A stretch of DNA of 64,000 nucleotides from Salpingoeca rosetta (GCA_033442325.1 JAWQFM010000002.1:1559983-1623982), one strand, 5' to 3'; positions 46,347 to 61,099 are shown, numbered from the stretch's first letter. Notes: generated by a model not told the origin, from the letters alone. Numbers and translations: made by a program.

Positions 46347-46990
46347 CTGTGCAGTCACATCACCGCCGAGCGAGCGAGCCCATGACGTGCGACAATACCA
46401 CTCTTGGCACACCGAGAATGTGGGCGTGGCTGTGCAGTTCGGTGAGGGCTGAGTTTGGAATGTTGTGTGGATGATGGATCGTTGACGACGCTGCAGCTGC
46501 TTCACCGTGTCGTGGGTGCTGTTTGCTCCACCAGTCAATGTTACTCTTGATTCATCAATTGCCGAGAGTTTGAGGCAGCACACGTGCGCAGGGCACGTGT
46601 TTGGTTCATTCGCATAAACTATGAGAACATTCAAATCAAGCCAGCAAGTCACAGCAAGCAAACACCGCAACAGAACAACGTGGCCAGTCAACACCATTCA
46701 CTTCAGCAACTCAAGCCCACGCTTGCATGCAGATCGACGAAACGGAACACCACCAATGCCGGTACATACATGTGGTTTGCATACAAGCATGTGGACATAA
46801 ACCAGGCTACAGGATCAAGGGAAAGGGGTAAAGAAAAGACATTCAGCGCAGGCGAGACAGAACACGCAGAGTAATCTCGACAATGGTACTTGTGGGCGTG
46901 GGCAAGAGCAGTGTCGAAAAAACCGAAAGAATAACAGAGCCGGCAATTGACCGACAGTAAAGCATGGAAACGCCAACGCAGACCCCGCGT

Positions 46991-49900
46991 TCATGACGAA
47001 TTGTGGGCTGCCGACATTTTGTCCGACATCTCCTTGCGCTGATGCTCCAACACCTGCACGAGGACGGCACAGTCAGTCGTTCACATTCGTGAAAGGCAAA
47101 ACCAAAAAAACAAACACAGCAAAACAAAGAAGCACACACACAAGTGCAGCAAAACCACAATCATGACCAGACAAGCACAATGACGCGCACATCCATATAC
47201 ACATACACATAAGCATACATACACATGCAATCACAGGCATGTATGTCATTGCCTCCGTCTAACCTTTCCGCGCGCAGCCCTGACGCGATTCAGGGGCGTC
47301 TCAAACACTTGGTCCGACACATGCCGCTGTGAACAGCACCAGTGAAAGTGGTGGCAGCAGTGAGTGTGGTCAACAGGTACACGAGTGTTGAGAATAATGC
47401 AAGCAGCAGCAGACAGAGCAAGCAAATTTCTTGTGTGAGCGGCCGCAAACAGGCCACATTGAGACATGCCAGATGCAACCCCCTTCTCTCCTCTCACCCG
47501 TGGTCGATAAGGCGTGTCATCACCATCACCATCGTCGTCGTCGTCGTCGTTGTCGTTGGTATGGTGGCCACGCGCAGTCGGCTGCACACGGCGGGCGCCG
47601 TCGCGTGCTCTCTGATGATGGCGGTGGCTTCGCTCGCTCCTGCTGTGGGGCGGCTCAATGCCGTGCGATGATGGCGCGTGTGTCGATGCATCGTCATCAT
47701 GCACGGACGAGGCGCTCATGTTGTCCTGCCACGCCGTTCGCAACTTGGCCAGCTCCAGTGGCGTGTACTCATCTTCATAGCCAGGCTGCACCGCGCGGTG
47801 TCCACTTTCGTGACTTCGAGCGTGCCGCCGATCACGCCGTGTTGTTGACGATGGTGGCGAGGAAGGGGCATTTCGTTGCCGCGAGTACTTGCGTCGGAGT
47901 TTACTCTGAGCTCAGCCAAAGCAGCAGGCAAGTAAGATGAGTGTCATGACGAGGTAAAGTAACAAGAACGACCTGGATGCAGAAGCAAGCTGCACCTGCA
48001 TGGGCTTCGAGTAAGTACGTGTGCACTTGTTTGTTTGCAGGAGCATTGGTGCTTGCACACCACCAACAGCAGCAGCCGTCAACAATCCTACCTGGACAGA
48101 CTCTGCTGGGTGCTCCGGTGTTCGGCCGTGACTGCGGTTCAGGGCACGAGCAACAGCAGCCTCATCTTCCATCCGCTACAGCGGACACGCGCGGGGTTGT
48201 TGGCGTTGATGTCGATCATGAGCGCACCGGAGAGTGGATGGTTGTGGTCGCAGCGATGAGTGTGTCAGGCAGCGTACGCATCACACATGCACACGAAAAC
48301 GCGAAAAGTACAAACCATTGCACTCAAACAAGCAAACACACACACACAACTGCATGCACATGCACGACAGACCTTTGTCTCCATATCTCTGAGGCGGTGG
48401 CGACGTGTGAGAAACTCTCGCCGGCTCTGCTCATACACCTGGATTCATGCGTGCACAGCCACATCCACAAAAGAAACATAGACAGAGGTGTGACATGACA
48501 ACAGCATCACCTGGATGACTATCAACGCCTGTGCATTGGTGGTACAGGTGCAAACCGCATGTTGCAAACATCTACGAGGTAACAATCAATGACAACGGCT
48601 GTTGTTCTCAAATGAGAACATGATATGATGTCAGATCTGAGCATTGTTGCACCTTTTGGTGTCGAAGGCGTTGGTCCCGCTTCAACTTCTCCAGCTCTCG
48701 CTTCTCTGCGTCAAGGCGTGCAAGGTCTTCCTGCAGCCTGAGCATGATGCAGTTCACAAAAGCGTCAGCACGACGCAGCCAACTTTCACAGCACACACAT
48801 GCACACACAAACCCAGTTGCACATAGACACAAACGCGTGCACGTGAAGGTACAGTTGTTCTCTTGCCCCATTCACAGAAACTTGCAGGAAAACCAGTGCA
48901 TGTGCGTGTGAGTGCGCGTGTGTGCATGGCTACGTGTGCGACTCTTGTTGACGTACTGGGATCTGCGGCTTGCTTCAGCGTCAAGCAGCATCTGCTCCTG
49001 TCGTTTCCATGCCTCCTCCTCCGCAGTGAGAGCCCGAATTTCGCGCTCGCTCGTCTGCAGCAGCGCCCGTTCGCGCAGCAGCGTCGCTTCCTCCTCCCGG
49101 ATTTTCTCTCTCTCGCGAACCTGTCGTGCGTGCGATTGCGCAAATGTGCAAGTATGAGCATAAAAGTGTGCGTGTGTTGTGTGCGAGTGTGTGTGTTGTG
49201 TGTGAGCATTCATGGGCGTGGGTGCCTGCTTGTGTGAAAGTGGAAGGCACGCGGTTGAGTTACTACCTTGCCAACACGTCAGCATGCACGTTGATGCTCA
49301 CTCATCCACCGTCGCACATGAACACATTACCTGGTAGTCGACAACAAACTCTGGATATTCGTTGAAGACTGGGTAGGTGCCTGGCGTCAGTGGCTTAAAG
49401 TCCTGCGTGCGATGACGGCGAACAACACACACACATACACACACGCATGTACGCACACACACACACACATACACACACACACACACACACACGCATGCAC
49501 ACACGCACACGCACGCACAACAGCAGCGGCGGCGTAAGTACAGCGCAGAGACGGTTTGGAAGGTGTGCTTGCATGATGTTTTCCATTACGTTGGTTACTC
49601 ACGCACATCAACTTGTTTGTGTTGAGGTTGCGAGCTCAGACAGCTTTCAAGTGTGGAAAAACGCACGTGCATGAGGTTGTAGGTGTCTACGTCTTCTGTT
49701 GTGATGCTTGCGAGCTCGTACGCCAGCTTGACCACTTCGTCGGCGTCCACTGGGTTTGGTTTGCTGAGGTAGAATGATACGTCCTCCTGCGTCGCACACG
49801 TGAGAAGTGCAGCCTGTTTGGTATGTCCGTGCGTGTGTTGGGCAAAGCAAGAATGAGTGTCTATCGTGCACATGATATGCGCATTCTAACACACACACAC

Positions 49901-50441
49901 ACAACACTCAAACACACACACACGCACAAACACACACAAACACGCGCGCGCGCAAACGCAGCACAACACACACATGCACACACACACTCACACACGGCAC
50001 TTTGGCTTTGAGAGCTGTCAGAGAACCAGTCACACGAGGATGCAACGTGTATATTGGCCATCATTCTGTCACGCTCGCCTTTCCTTACCCTTGATGCCTT
50101 CAAGTATGCAAGCGCAATGTACATGATGAAGCCGGGATGGTTGGACACGACGTTGTCCCACACGCGCAGCCACTCTGGTTCGGCAAACACGTCAGAGAAC
50201 ATGGTTTGGAGGAGGGGCCAGCCATAACCCTGCGCTGTCATGCCGAGCTCAACAAAGTGCTGCAACACCTCCACATCGTGCTCGGCCAGCAAGTTCTCCA
50301 ACATGTTCAGCACCTGCGCGCAGAGAGGGAAACAGAAGAAGAGTGCGTTGAACACACAAAAGTGCATATGAGACGGCAAAACAATTCAAGCAGAGAACCA
50401 TGCATGTCACAAGGTCATGTTGGACGCTAAACACACACACA

Positions 50442-50479
<38 letters not shown>

Positions 50480-50862
50480 GCCAACAGCCAGACACACACT
50501 CTCAATCGCGCTCTCAAAGTTTGCGTGAAGTGAAATAAACGCTTACACTGAGTGGAGGATTTGGGAAGAATTCAAACCAGAGTTGGCACCAGTTTGTCAA
50601 CACGGTGGCGCAGACTTCAAACGCTTCCAGCTGATGAAAGGGTTGCGGCGACAAGCCAACAATGAGCACCAGGCAGGGCACACGATGTGAGCACTTGATG
50701 AACCTAAGGTCAAAGTGTATCTCCCTCTCATCTATCTACACACACCCACACACACACACCTAAACACACCCACACACACACCTAAACACACCCACACACA
50801 CCCACACCCACACCCACACCCACACCCACACCCACATACACCCACCCACACCCACCCACACC

Positions 50863-50954
<92 letters not shown>

Positions 50955-52192
50955 ACAACTGACAGGGTTGTTTTGGAACATGCGGACAAAGGGGAAGACG
51001 GTCCCGGCCAGATATGGCAGCTCTCCAAAGATTGGCGCCCAGTGCGCAAGACACGACATGGTTCTGTGTGCGGCGTGACAGCGTTGAGTCGTGGGAAGGG
51101 TACGGGTGAGCGATGCGACAGGGAAAATAACAATCAATAGGGATAGGGCGCAAAGACCCGCCGTCGTGTGAGCTTACCTGCACACACAGGCACAAACAGA
51201 CACAGACATACACACACACACACGCATGTGCAGACGCACAGGCGCACCTTTGGAGAATGCGTTGGAGTTTGCGGCTGCGCAGCGGGTAGTGTTCTTGGAG
51301 GCGAGCAAACGCTGGGTGTGTGCCGAGGGAGTTGAGGGCGTTGTAGGCCAGCACGTTGTTGGGAAGGTTGAGCACACGCTTCCAAATGTACTTGCGATAC
51401 TTTGTCGGGTATTCACCAAATCCAAGCAGCACTCGCCTCAGCTTGAGAAAGTTGATTGCAGGCCGCTGATGCCGTTGTGGTGTGGTGTGGTGTGGTGTGA
51501 TGTGGTATGGTGTTGTGTGGTGTGTGAACACGTGTGTGTGTGCTGTGATGAGCGTGCATGAACGTGTGTATGTGTAAACGTGTGCTCGTGTGTGCCACAA
51601 GTACGAGTTGTGATGTCGTTTAGCACAAGAAAACAATGCTTACATCCATTGCATCGTGGAGGATGGGTACGCCCTCGCGTGGAAGCGACTGTAAATATCG
51701 CTCCAAATGTTCCGCTGAGGCGCTCTCCTGTGAGCAGCAACCACACGCATCCACACCCAGAATTCGTGGTGAGATCACCCAAGGAGATTACAGATGTGGC
51801 AACAAACACATAATATGGATGTGCAATGGGGAGTTGCGTTCAATCACGAGTACGCGACGGTCGGCGGCACATACCTGCTGGTGTGCTTGCGGGCCAGAGC
51901 GTCTGTGATACAAACACAACAACCAAGCAATCCCATTCAGTGGGTGAGTCAAGCCAGAACGACAAGCGCCCTATCGCATCACACGCACATGTTCAAGCGA
52001 GATCGCCATTCAGCTTGGCAATGGCACAGCCAACCAACCAACCAAGAAGCAAGCAAGCAAACAAACAAACAAACAAACAAACAAACAAACAAACAAACAA
52101 ACAAACAAACAAACAAACAAACAAACAAACAAACAAACAAACAAACAAACAAACAAACAAACAAACAAACAAACAAACAAACAAACAAACAA

Positions 52193-52256
<64 letters not shown>

Positions 52257-53137
52257 ACACGCACGCACGCACGTTTGCCGCCGGTCGGTGTGCCTGCTTC
52301 TGATTGATGCCGCTGATCGCGTGAGATGCGACGACGAAGCGCCCGAGACACTCGTTCCTGTTGTTGTGGTGGCACGACCGACGCTCGTGCCGCCTGTTGT
52401 CGAGGATGGTGCTGTGCGGCGGTGGCTCCGGAATCCGCTAGCCCGCTGCTTGTGCGGTTTCTTGCGCTTTGTCTTTGATTTGGCCTTGCTGCGTGCCACC
52501 TTTGCCGTGTGTCTCAGCAGCTGCACGAGGTCATACAGGCCAAGCTCGCCCGTCGCACGAACCAGAGCGAGATACCTGCATGTTTGCAATACCGTCATAC
52601 ACACGCACACACGCGAAATGGGGCAATACGTGAGTGAGGGCCCAATAGGGGTGAGGTTGCGGCATGTCATACAATCGTGACGTGTTGGAAAACCAACAAA
52701 TTGTGCAGCCGATGATTCAAGCCATTGGTCCAGTCGATTTTGTAAACCCCACCATTCAACTTGTTGCCAAACACACACGCACACTCCATCCACAGGGCAC
52801 GCCATCCTGTCACCTTGCGTTTGGGTCGATGGAGAAGTTATCGCAGAAGGGAAACTCTTGCGGGCCAACGGATGACAGGATTTGCGCAGAGTTGACATCA
52901 AGGAAGCGAATGACGCCATCGTGACCCAGAACACCGCACATCTGCACAACACAGCAAATAGCAGCAAGCGGTCAGCGAAGCAAGTGGTCTTCACAGGCAC
53001 CCCATAGATGAGACCAACATGTCCACGCGGCTTGTGCAGATGGTCGGTAACGAATCAGACAGCTGAACGCAACGTGTTCGAGCATACAAACATTGCAAAG
53101 AACACCAAACACTTGTTCACTCACTCACACTCACACT

Positions 53138-53174
<37 letters not shown>

Positions 53175-53828
53175 ACACGCACTCACGCACACTCACACAC
53201 GCACTCACGCACACACACACACACGCACTCACGCACACACACACACACGCACACACACACACGCACACGCACAATTACAATCATCTCCCTCACATACACA
53301 CACGTAGCACGTACGAGCAATTTCGTGTCGGCGGCGCCAGCCCAGAGGAAGTGGATGGTCTGTGCACCTCTTGACGATTCCGGGAGCTCAATGGCTTTCA
53401 CAAGCGACTCTGTCGGTATGTTGTACAGGAACACACACCTGCGGTGTTTGGGTTGGCGTGGATGGCGTGAGCTGCATGTGCAGATGGAGTTGCGTATGTG
53501 CGCTTGTGACGATTTGATGAACCTGGGCGTGCTTGTGCATGAGTGGTATTTCACAGACAACATGCGGCACCACTTGGTTTCCTTTCAAGTCTTACCTGCA
53601 CTTTCCACCGGCAAGCAAGTGCTTGCTGTCCCGCGACACGGCAAAGCAGCGAAGTGCAAGCCGTCCTGCAACGTCGTGAGGGTGAGGTTGGAAGCGATGA
53701 TGATTGCGGTGGCCATCGAGATTGTGAACAACGTGCAGGGTGTATCGAGAGACCCAACATGCTCACACAATATCATGTGTAGACAGGCACGCGTGCGCGT
53801 GACTCATGCACACGCTCAAACACGCACA

Positions 53829-53892
<64 letters not shown>

Positions 53893-54652
53893 TACAAAAT
53901 CACACACAATCACACACGCGCGCACCTTCTGTGGTCGGAATGGGCAACCGCGCCTCAAACTGGAGGTTGACGGCTGACCAGAGCATGATTGTGTCGTCCT
54001 TGAATGCCGTCACGAGGAATGACCCAGATGGTGTGAACAGCACCTGCTCAGTTGGTCGCCAATGCGCCAGGCAGCAATTGAGTGAGGGAGTGTGTGTGTG
54101 TGTGTACGAGTGTGTGTGTTTTGTGTGTGTGTGTGTGTGTACAAGTGTGTGTGAGTGTGTTTTGTGTGTGTGTGTGTGAGTGAGTGAGTGAGTGTCTGCG
54201 CTACAACACAAACACACACACACACACACAAATGACCAAACGATACAGTACTGTACTGGTCCTGACCCCTTTCGACTCAACACCTCCCGACACGCGTTTC
54301 CATTCATTGCAACCAACCTCTTGCACGCCGACGTTCTCTGCGCCGTTGAGGTTTCGCAAGTGTTGCAGAGGGTTGAGCTGAAACAACAGCGCCTCGTTGG
54401 CTAAAGCAGGAGTGGGAACGGTGATCCCACAGCACGTGCAAGCCGGTGTTGTGGTGTTGAAGAGACCGTGAGCCGCGTGTGACAACAAGGCAGGCGGTGG
54501 GTCGAGGAAGCACAGAAATGAATGTTGGTATGCACTGCATGCATGGTGCAGCGGGAAGGCAAGTCGTTCGTTCGACCACCACAACAACAACAACAACAAC
54601 AACAACTTAAACAACAACTTAAACAACAACTTAAACAACAACAACAACAACT

Positions 54653-54686
<34 letters not shown>

Positions 54687-54700
54687 CTTAAACAACAACT

Positions 54701-54752
<52 letters not shown>

Positions 54753-54819
54753 CTTAAACAACAACTTAAACAACAACAACAGCAACAACAACTTAAACAA
54801 CAACAACAACAACAACAAT

Positions 54820-54869
<50 letters not shown>

Positions 54870-54871
54870 CT

Positions 54872-54914
<43 letters not shown>

Positions 54915-54940
54915 CTTAAACAACAACTTAAACAACAACT

Positions 54941-54995
<55 letters not shown>

Positions 54996-55947
54996 CTTCA
55001 TAAACAACAACAACAACTTCAACAACAACTTAAACAACAACAATAACAACATGAATGAGTTCCGGGGTTGGTGCAGGTGGGCAGTGGGAATACTCACCAC
55101 ATGTGACAACGGCGTATGTTTCATCTTGATTGATGTCGATCCTGTGCACCGTGCTCTGAGTCTCATCACCCCACTGCTCAATGACAGAGCCCGTGGCTAT
55201 GCGCAGAGAGACAGCGAGAGAAGTACAAGGCATACAACGCGCGAGCGTGAGCATAGTAGAGGCTGTGGCCGAACAAACCAGCCAGTGCATGCGTGTGGCA
55301 GCTGCTGGGTTTGCAACAAAGATAATCTGTGCCAATGTTATCATGCAACTGAAGGCAGCCGCGCTTACATACAGGTATAGAGACATGAACAGACACAGAC
55401 ACACACACACACAGAGTCTCGCACACACAAACACAGAGTCTCACACGCGCATACATACATTCCATCACACATTCTGTCGCACACACGCACACACATTCAC
55501 ACATTCACACACACATACACACACACCTACGCACACCGCATACAACCACGCACAGAGTTCGATGCAGCGGATCCAGTTGTCTGCGTCTGCAATAAGGATT
55601 CTGTTGATGGAAGGGGCAATGGCAATGGCTGTCAGTGGAGTGCCATTGTTGTACACGAGCTTGTAGCAGTTGTCATCGAGTTTGAACCAGAAGATGTCGC
55701 CACGATGGTCGGCGGTGAGGAGCTGGCTGCCCTTGGCATCAAAGCATGCGTGAGTGATGCGGTGCCGGTGCGCGTGCAACGTGCTTGCCGTTGCTCGTTT
55801 TGTGTGATAAATGGTGGCCAAGAGCCCCGCATCCCCGCCCTGCACTGCCGCTGCTGAGGACGACGCTGACGGCGCAAACCCGGCTGCCGACGACGACAGC
55901 CACAGCGTTCCATGCTTCCGCCCACGCAGGTCAACTTCTGTGGCCAT
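46991..55947 (-). CDS. TBC1D31: TBC1 domain family member 31 (WD40 + Rab-GAP TBC + coiled coil), multi-exon
   Basis: Starts MATEVDLRGRKHGTLW, followed by WD40 repeats. TBC domain: FGEYPTKYRKYIW...GTHPAF...LQRTMSCLAHWAPIF...NWCQLWFEFFPNPPL...WLRVWDNVVSNHP, then YPVFNEYPEFVVDYQ. The last exon ends AAHNSS* at 46991. Confidence 0.93.
52030..52255. repeat. Compound (AAAC)n-(AAGC)n microsatellite, intronic
   Basis: A long aaac run flanked by aagc runs inside a TBC1D31 intron. Confidence 0.95.
54580..55050. repeat. (CAA)n array punctuated by CTTAAA units, intronic
   Basis: About 470 bp of caa triplets repeatedly interrupted by cttaaa inside a TBC1D31 intron. Confidence 0.95.
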
Positions 55948-56073
55948 CTCTTCTTCTTGGACGGATTTCAAAAATATGCCGGCAGCTGGACTTGTCAATT
56001 TTTTGACAAGTAGGAGTGTGATAAGAGCTTCAATCAGAATGTTGGGTTGGGTGCTTGTGGCGCCTGCGCAACC

Positions 56074-56208
<135 letters not shown>

Positions 56209-56272
56209 ACACACGTACACACGTACACACGTACACGCACACATCTTTGCTCGTGTGTTGTTTGGTTTCGTG

Positions 56273-56286
56273 GTTCAACGGGCAAC
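56273..56286. promoter_or_regulatory. RFX X-box-like element upstream of TBC1D31
   Basis: GTTCAACGGGCAAC: 14 bp with a perfect GGCAAC half-site and a degenerate GTT half. It lies just upstream of a probable 5'UTR intron (~56242-56064). Confidence 0.4.
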
Positions 56287-57059
56287 TATGTACTTGGGTG
56301 GGGAAGAAGAAGCAAGGACAGCCTCAAGCAAGTCTCACGGACATGCGCTTGCACATGCATGGTCAGACAGCCCACAATAGAGAAACGAGAATAAAGGAGA
56401 ACGGAACTGGAGAACATAACCAGTGACGCTTCACTCCAGCCAGGACGCAGAAGCATGCAGACACACCAGCAAAGCGAACCAGAAGAATGAAGAAATCAAA
56501 GGGTAAGTTATTAGATAGAACAAGTCAACGCTATGAAAAACAAGAAGCAAACGACGCTGGCGCTGCATCATTAAACTCGCGAACGTGTGCGTGTGTTGTG
56601 CGGAACACCACTGCCGGCAACGAAAATGAAAATCAACACCACAAACAGCACACACACACAATAAAAAGACGGCCAATATGATAAGCGCGTGGGATGGGTT
56701 GTACAGCAGTGGACGAGCGACATAGATATGAAAATACACGCACTCGCCAGCTGCAGTATGAACAGCAGCAACAATAACAAATAGGCGAAGAAGGGCACAG
56801 GCGAACCACAGACCCACATCACATGGGCCTGTGCGCTGCTTGCAATAAGAGAGGCGAAACTGAGACAGAAGGCATTGATCATCACTTCAAAAATATATGC
56901 GACCAATGGACAATAATATGAGGCGAGGAAAACACAACACTGCTAAGGCGAAACGGATCACGCGGCAATCAAGGGTGTGGCATGTAGCTTGCATGCCACA
57001 CCGCACACGAACACACGCGCGATAGATAGCATAACAATAGGACATCATCATGGATGGGG

Positions 57060-57063
57060 ATGG

Positions 57064-57158
<95 letters not shown>

Positions 57159-57160
57159 GA
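57060..57160. repeat. (GTT)n microsatellite
   Basis: A near-perfect gtt run directly downstream of the F-box gene stop. Confidence 0.95.
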
Positions 57161-57176
57161 TGATGTTCAGAGGGCG

Positions 57177-60100
57177 CTAGTTGTGGGCGGTGTTGAGTTG
57201 GGCAGAGTAGCGCACAACTCCCTTGTGCGCGCGCTTGACGACGCCTGCGTGGTGCATGACATCGCTCACAACGCCTTGCAGAGACACGTGCTCATTGCCG
57301 TCGCAGTAAGTGGCGTATGCTGCTGATCCCTGCAGGCAAAACCGCTTCTGGCGGCTGCCAAGGCCCTGCCAGCTCGGATCGTTCTGCAGCCGCTGCTCCA
57401 CCTCTTCGCGGCGCTGCTTGTACTGCTGGCGACGGGCGCGCGAGCGGGCCTGCTTGGCGGCCTCTTCCTCCAGTGCCTGCAGACACTCGTGGGTGCCCTT
57501 GCGAACGTACGCATCAGCCAGCGGCTTGCAGCTGGCGGGCGTGGTCTTGAGGCCCGCGTTGGCCAGAGCGCGGCGCACCATCCTCTGACGTGCACTGCGC
57601 TCCTCGTTGCGCTGTACCCACGCCTTGACGGCCGCGTCCACATCGGCCGGTGTGGCGCCAGTCTCCGGGTCATGCAGAAACGAGGAGATGACGCGTGCCT
57701 GCAAGGACACCGCCGAGCTGCTGGCGGATGAGGGGTCAAGGTTCAGCCAGCGCACGGGCAGCTGTAGGTGATGGCTGGAGAGGAGTGTGGTGACGTGCTT
57801 GAGACGATCAGCGAACTCGGCCTCTGTGCGGGCAATTCGCTTGGCCATGAGGCGAACAGATGGCACGCGATGCGCTGGTGGTGCTGCTGTTGAAGCTGCT
57901 GCTGTTGTTGGTGTGGCTGCCCATGGTTTGACGGAGAGGTTGAGGTTGAAGTAGCCCTTGAATTTGAACGAGGCGATGGTGCTGAGGTCGGCAAAGTCGT
58001 GCTGGGGCAAGTCAGCAAACGCCGCAGCCAGAAACTGCTGGTGCATGTGCTTGGAGGCAATGCAACGCAAGCTCCCAAAGGCGTGTGCACCCGTTGGGTC
58101 TGCCTCTTGCAGCCGGGTCACGGCCTCCTTCCACTTGACAAGCGCTTGCACCATTGTGGCCAGCGACTCTTCCTGGCATCCACACCCGGCCGTCACGCAC
58201 ACCCCGCTCTCCGTTGTTGCAGCGTCGTCAGCTGTGGTGCCAGCAGGGGTGGTGGTGGTGGTGGTGGTGGTGCTGGTGGAAGCATCTGGCGCCTCGTTAT
58301 CACCTTCAGCCTGGTGCTGCTGCTGCTGTTGCTGCTGCTCCTGCTGTTGTTGCAACGGCGCTGGGTTGACAAAGGGGCACGAGGTGAGGGTGTGGATGCG
58401 ATGGGAGAGGAAGCGGCTGATGTACATCTTGGCAACGCCGGCGTGGTCCAGCTCAAGGTCCGTTGTCAGCTGCACCCCTTGTTCGCTGCATGCATGCAAG
58501 AGAGCCTGGATGCGCCTGCGCTCGTGCGTGCCCTCGTACGCGGCCCACGCGCGGGCATCGTCCGCGGTAAGTGCTTTGTCGCCGTCCAAAAACTCACAGA
58601 AGCGGTGCGCAATGTGCAGATGTGCTCGACCCCAGCGCTTGTGGAAGGCAATCTCCGCATCTGTGGGCAGCGCCGTGCAGCCGTAGCGAGCGCAGAACGA
58701 CTGCAGCTGCTGCTTCCGCTGCACCACCACCGCCGGGAGTGCAAACGCCGTCCAGGAGAGCGGGAACAGCACCTGGCACACGGCCATCGTCGGGGTGGGC
58801 GGCGTGGGGTTGCTGGCGGTGGCGGTGAGGTTGGACGAGAGCATGATCTCGTTGGCCTGGCCCGGCACTTTGGAGGTGATGTCGCGGAGGAGTGCATACG
58901 TCCCTTCCAGGGTGTGTGTGCGGGCATGCTCGCGGGTGGCCACGCTGTGTAGCACGGCCGCGGCGTCCTGGTGGATGCGCTGCGGGCAGAACGCGTGTCC
59001 AGGCTGAACGTCGCGCGCCTCCAGGAAGGCAGCGAGGTCCGGGTACAGCGCGGTGGCCATGTGCACGAGACCAGAGCCTTGCAGCCACCACTCGGGGAGG
59101 TGGTCGCCGGGCCACATTGCACGGACGGCAGCAAGGCGGTGCATGGCTGTGACGGCACGCACCATCGTGTCTGCGAGAGCATTCAACTCGTTCTGCTCTT
59201 CCCGGTCAAGAACCGCCATCACCTCCTGCTGTGGGTACTGCTGGTGCTGCTGGAACATGGCGTGCGCTGGCGCCAGTGCAAGTGGTTGCGGCATGCCCGC
59301 AAATGCAGCAGTCGCAGCACTCGCGGTGGCGGTTGCTGGGGTGAAGCGACGTGGATCGGCGATGGGGGCTTCTTGTGATGGCGGTGGGACCTGGGACACA
59401 GAAGGCGAAGACGAGGCCGACGACGACGACGACGACGCAAGTGAACCTGGCGAAGTACCCGCAAGTGTAGCGGTGTCGCCACACGACTGCAGCTGCTGCT
59501 TTGAGGAAGAAGATGGGGAGGTGGACGCGGAGGTGAGCGGTGGCGCGGAGGAAGGGGAAGAGAAGCTTGATGGACCGGTTGTTGGGGAGGCGGGGTCGGT
59601 GGAAGGGGACGTGGGCGCGGCAATGGCATCTGGTGGTGTTGAAGAGACGGCCGGGGAGGCAGACATGCGCAGGTCCACCAGGGCTTCCTCGCTGTCCCGT
59701 CGCATGCTGCTGCCGCTGTCACTGCGGCTGCGGCGCTGGGTGGCCAGGACCCGCAGGTGGTGCGGAGACCGTGCCTGCGCATCTGTCCGGTGCAATGGGG
59801 TTGACAGGCCTGATGCTGTTGTCGATGTCGTCAACGTGGGCTCGGCTGCTGCTGACACCGCCAGGCTGCTGGCGCGCGTGTTGGCACTGGCATTGAGTGC
59901 CGTTGGTGCGGCGCTGGGTGGCACAGGCGCCATCGATGGCACGTGGAGCGGCAGCGCGAGCGTGGTGGCGGCTGTGTCCGCATCGCCAGGGCTCCAGGAC
60001 GCCTGTGACGCGGGCATTGGCATCCTGTTTGCGCGCGTGTCGTACAGGAACGCCTTGCACGCGCTCACCGCGGTACGGAAGAGGACTGGCGTGGTGTCGC

Positions 60101-60861
60101 CAGCGAGGCTCGGGCCAGGCGGGGCTGAGGCGGCCCGGGCGTGCGCTGGCTGCGAGCTGGCGTGCTGTGCCGGTGCCTGTTGGGAGGTTGCGGTGCTGGT
60201 GTTGTCGATGTAGTCGTCGAGGGCAATGCCGCGGTGGGCAAGGGTGTGGCGAAGGAGGGAGAGGCGGCGCGAGAGCTCTGCGTTGCGGCGGTACTGCCTG
60301 CGCTCGTGGCGGGCACGCTTCTGGGCCAGCCCCTGCTGCAGGCGCTCCTCGCTGCCCCAGTGGGCAAGGGCAACCTGGCGCATCTGGTGGCGCAGGTAGA
60401 AGGTGCCTGTGCGGGTGGTGTTTGGGACGAGCAAGTGCGTGTGCGCCGCGATGGCTGCGGCATTGAGGGCAAACTCCTTGATGCTGGCCGTCTTGGTGAG
60501 GACCTGTGTGGAGAGGCAGTCGTGGCAGAGGCGCAGGTGCCAGGCGTCGATGCCGCGGTTGGTGCACGCCTGCAAGCAGAGGCTGCATTTGTTGATAGAA
60601 GTGAAGCAGAGCTTGCGCACGGCCTTCATGCGGAATGTGTTGTCGAGGCCCAGGTCTGGCACGTGTGCGCCGCTGCTGCTGCCAGCGCGGGCGGTGATGC
60701 GCAGCGCACACTCGGTTGTGCGGTTGTGCACCTGCTTCCACACGCGCTCGCCGGTGAACACCCAGTACAGCCGCCTGCACGTCATGGCAGCGCGGCCTAT
60801 GCTCTGTGGGTCATCCACCAGGTACGATGCAACTTGTTCCAGCAACTGCAAGGTGAACCGT

Positions 60862-60921
<60 letters not shown>

Positions 60922-61099
60922 GTTGTGTGTGTGTGTGTGTTGTGGTGGTGTAGAGTAGTAGTGTTGGCTCAACCAGGCAATCCACGGACTTCTATAATAG
61001 TTTGGGCCCGGGTTCCATATTGCGAATCTCGAAAACATGGGTAGGGAATCGAGAGGAGTGACTGTCGCAGCTAGCCGTGTGCCTTAGGCCGCGACGTAC

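Noticed and set aside
54201-55181. 326-aa poly-Leu ORF, and the possibility of a CRISPR-like array
   Set aside because: It is the intronic (TTG)n/TTTAAG repeat read through between TBC1D31 exons. There are no unique spacers or cas genes, and the context is eukaryotic.
56431-56906. Hydrophobic minus-strand ORFs between the F-box gene and TBC1D31
   Set aside because: T-rich UTR/intergenic composition explains the hydrophobicity; no motif or convincing gene structure.
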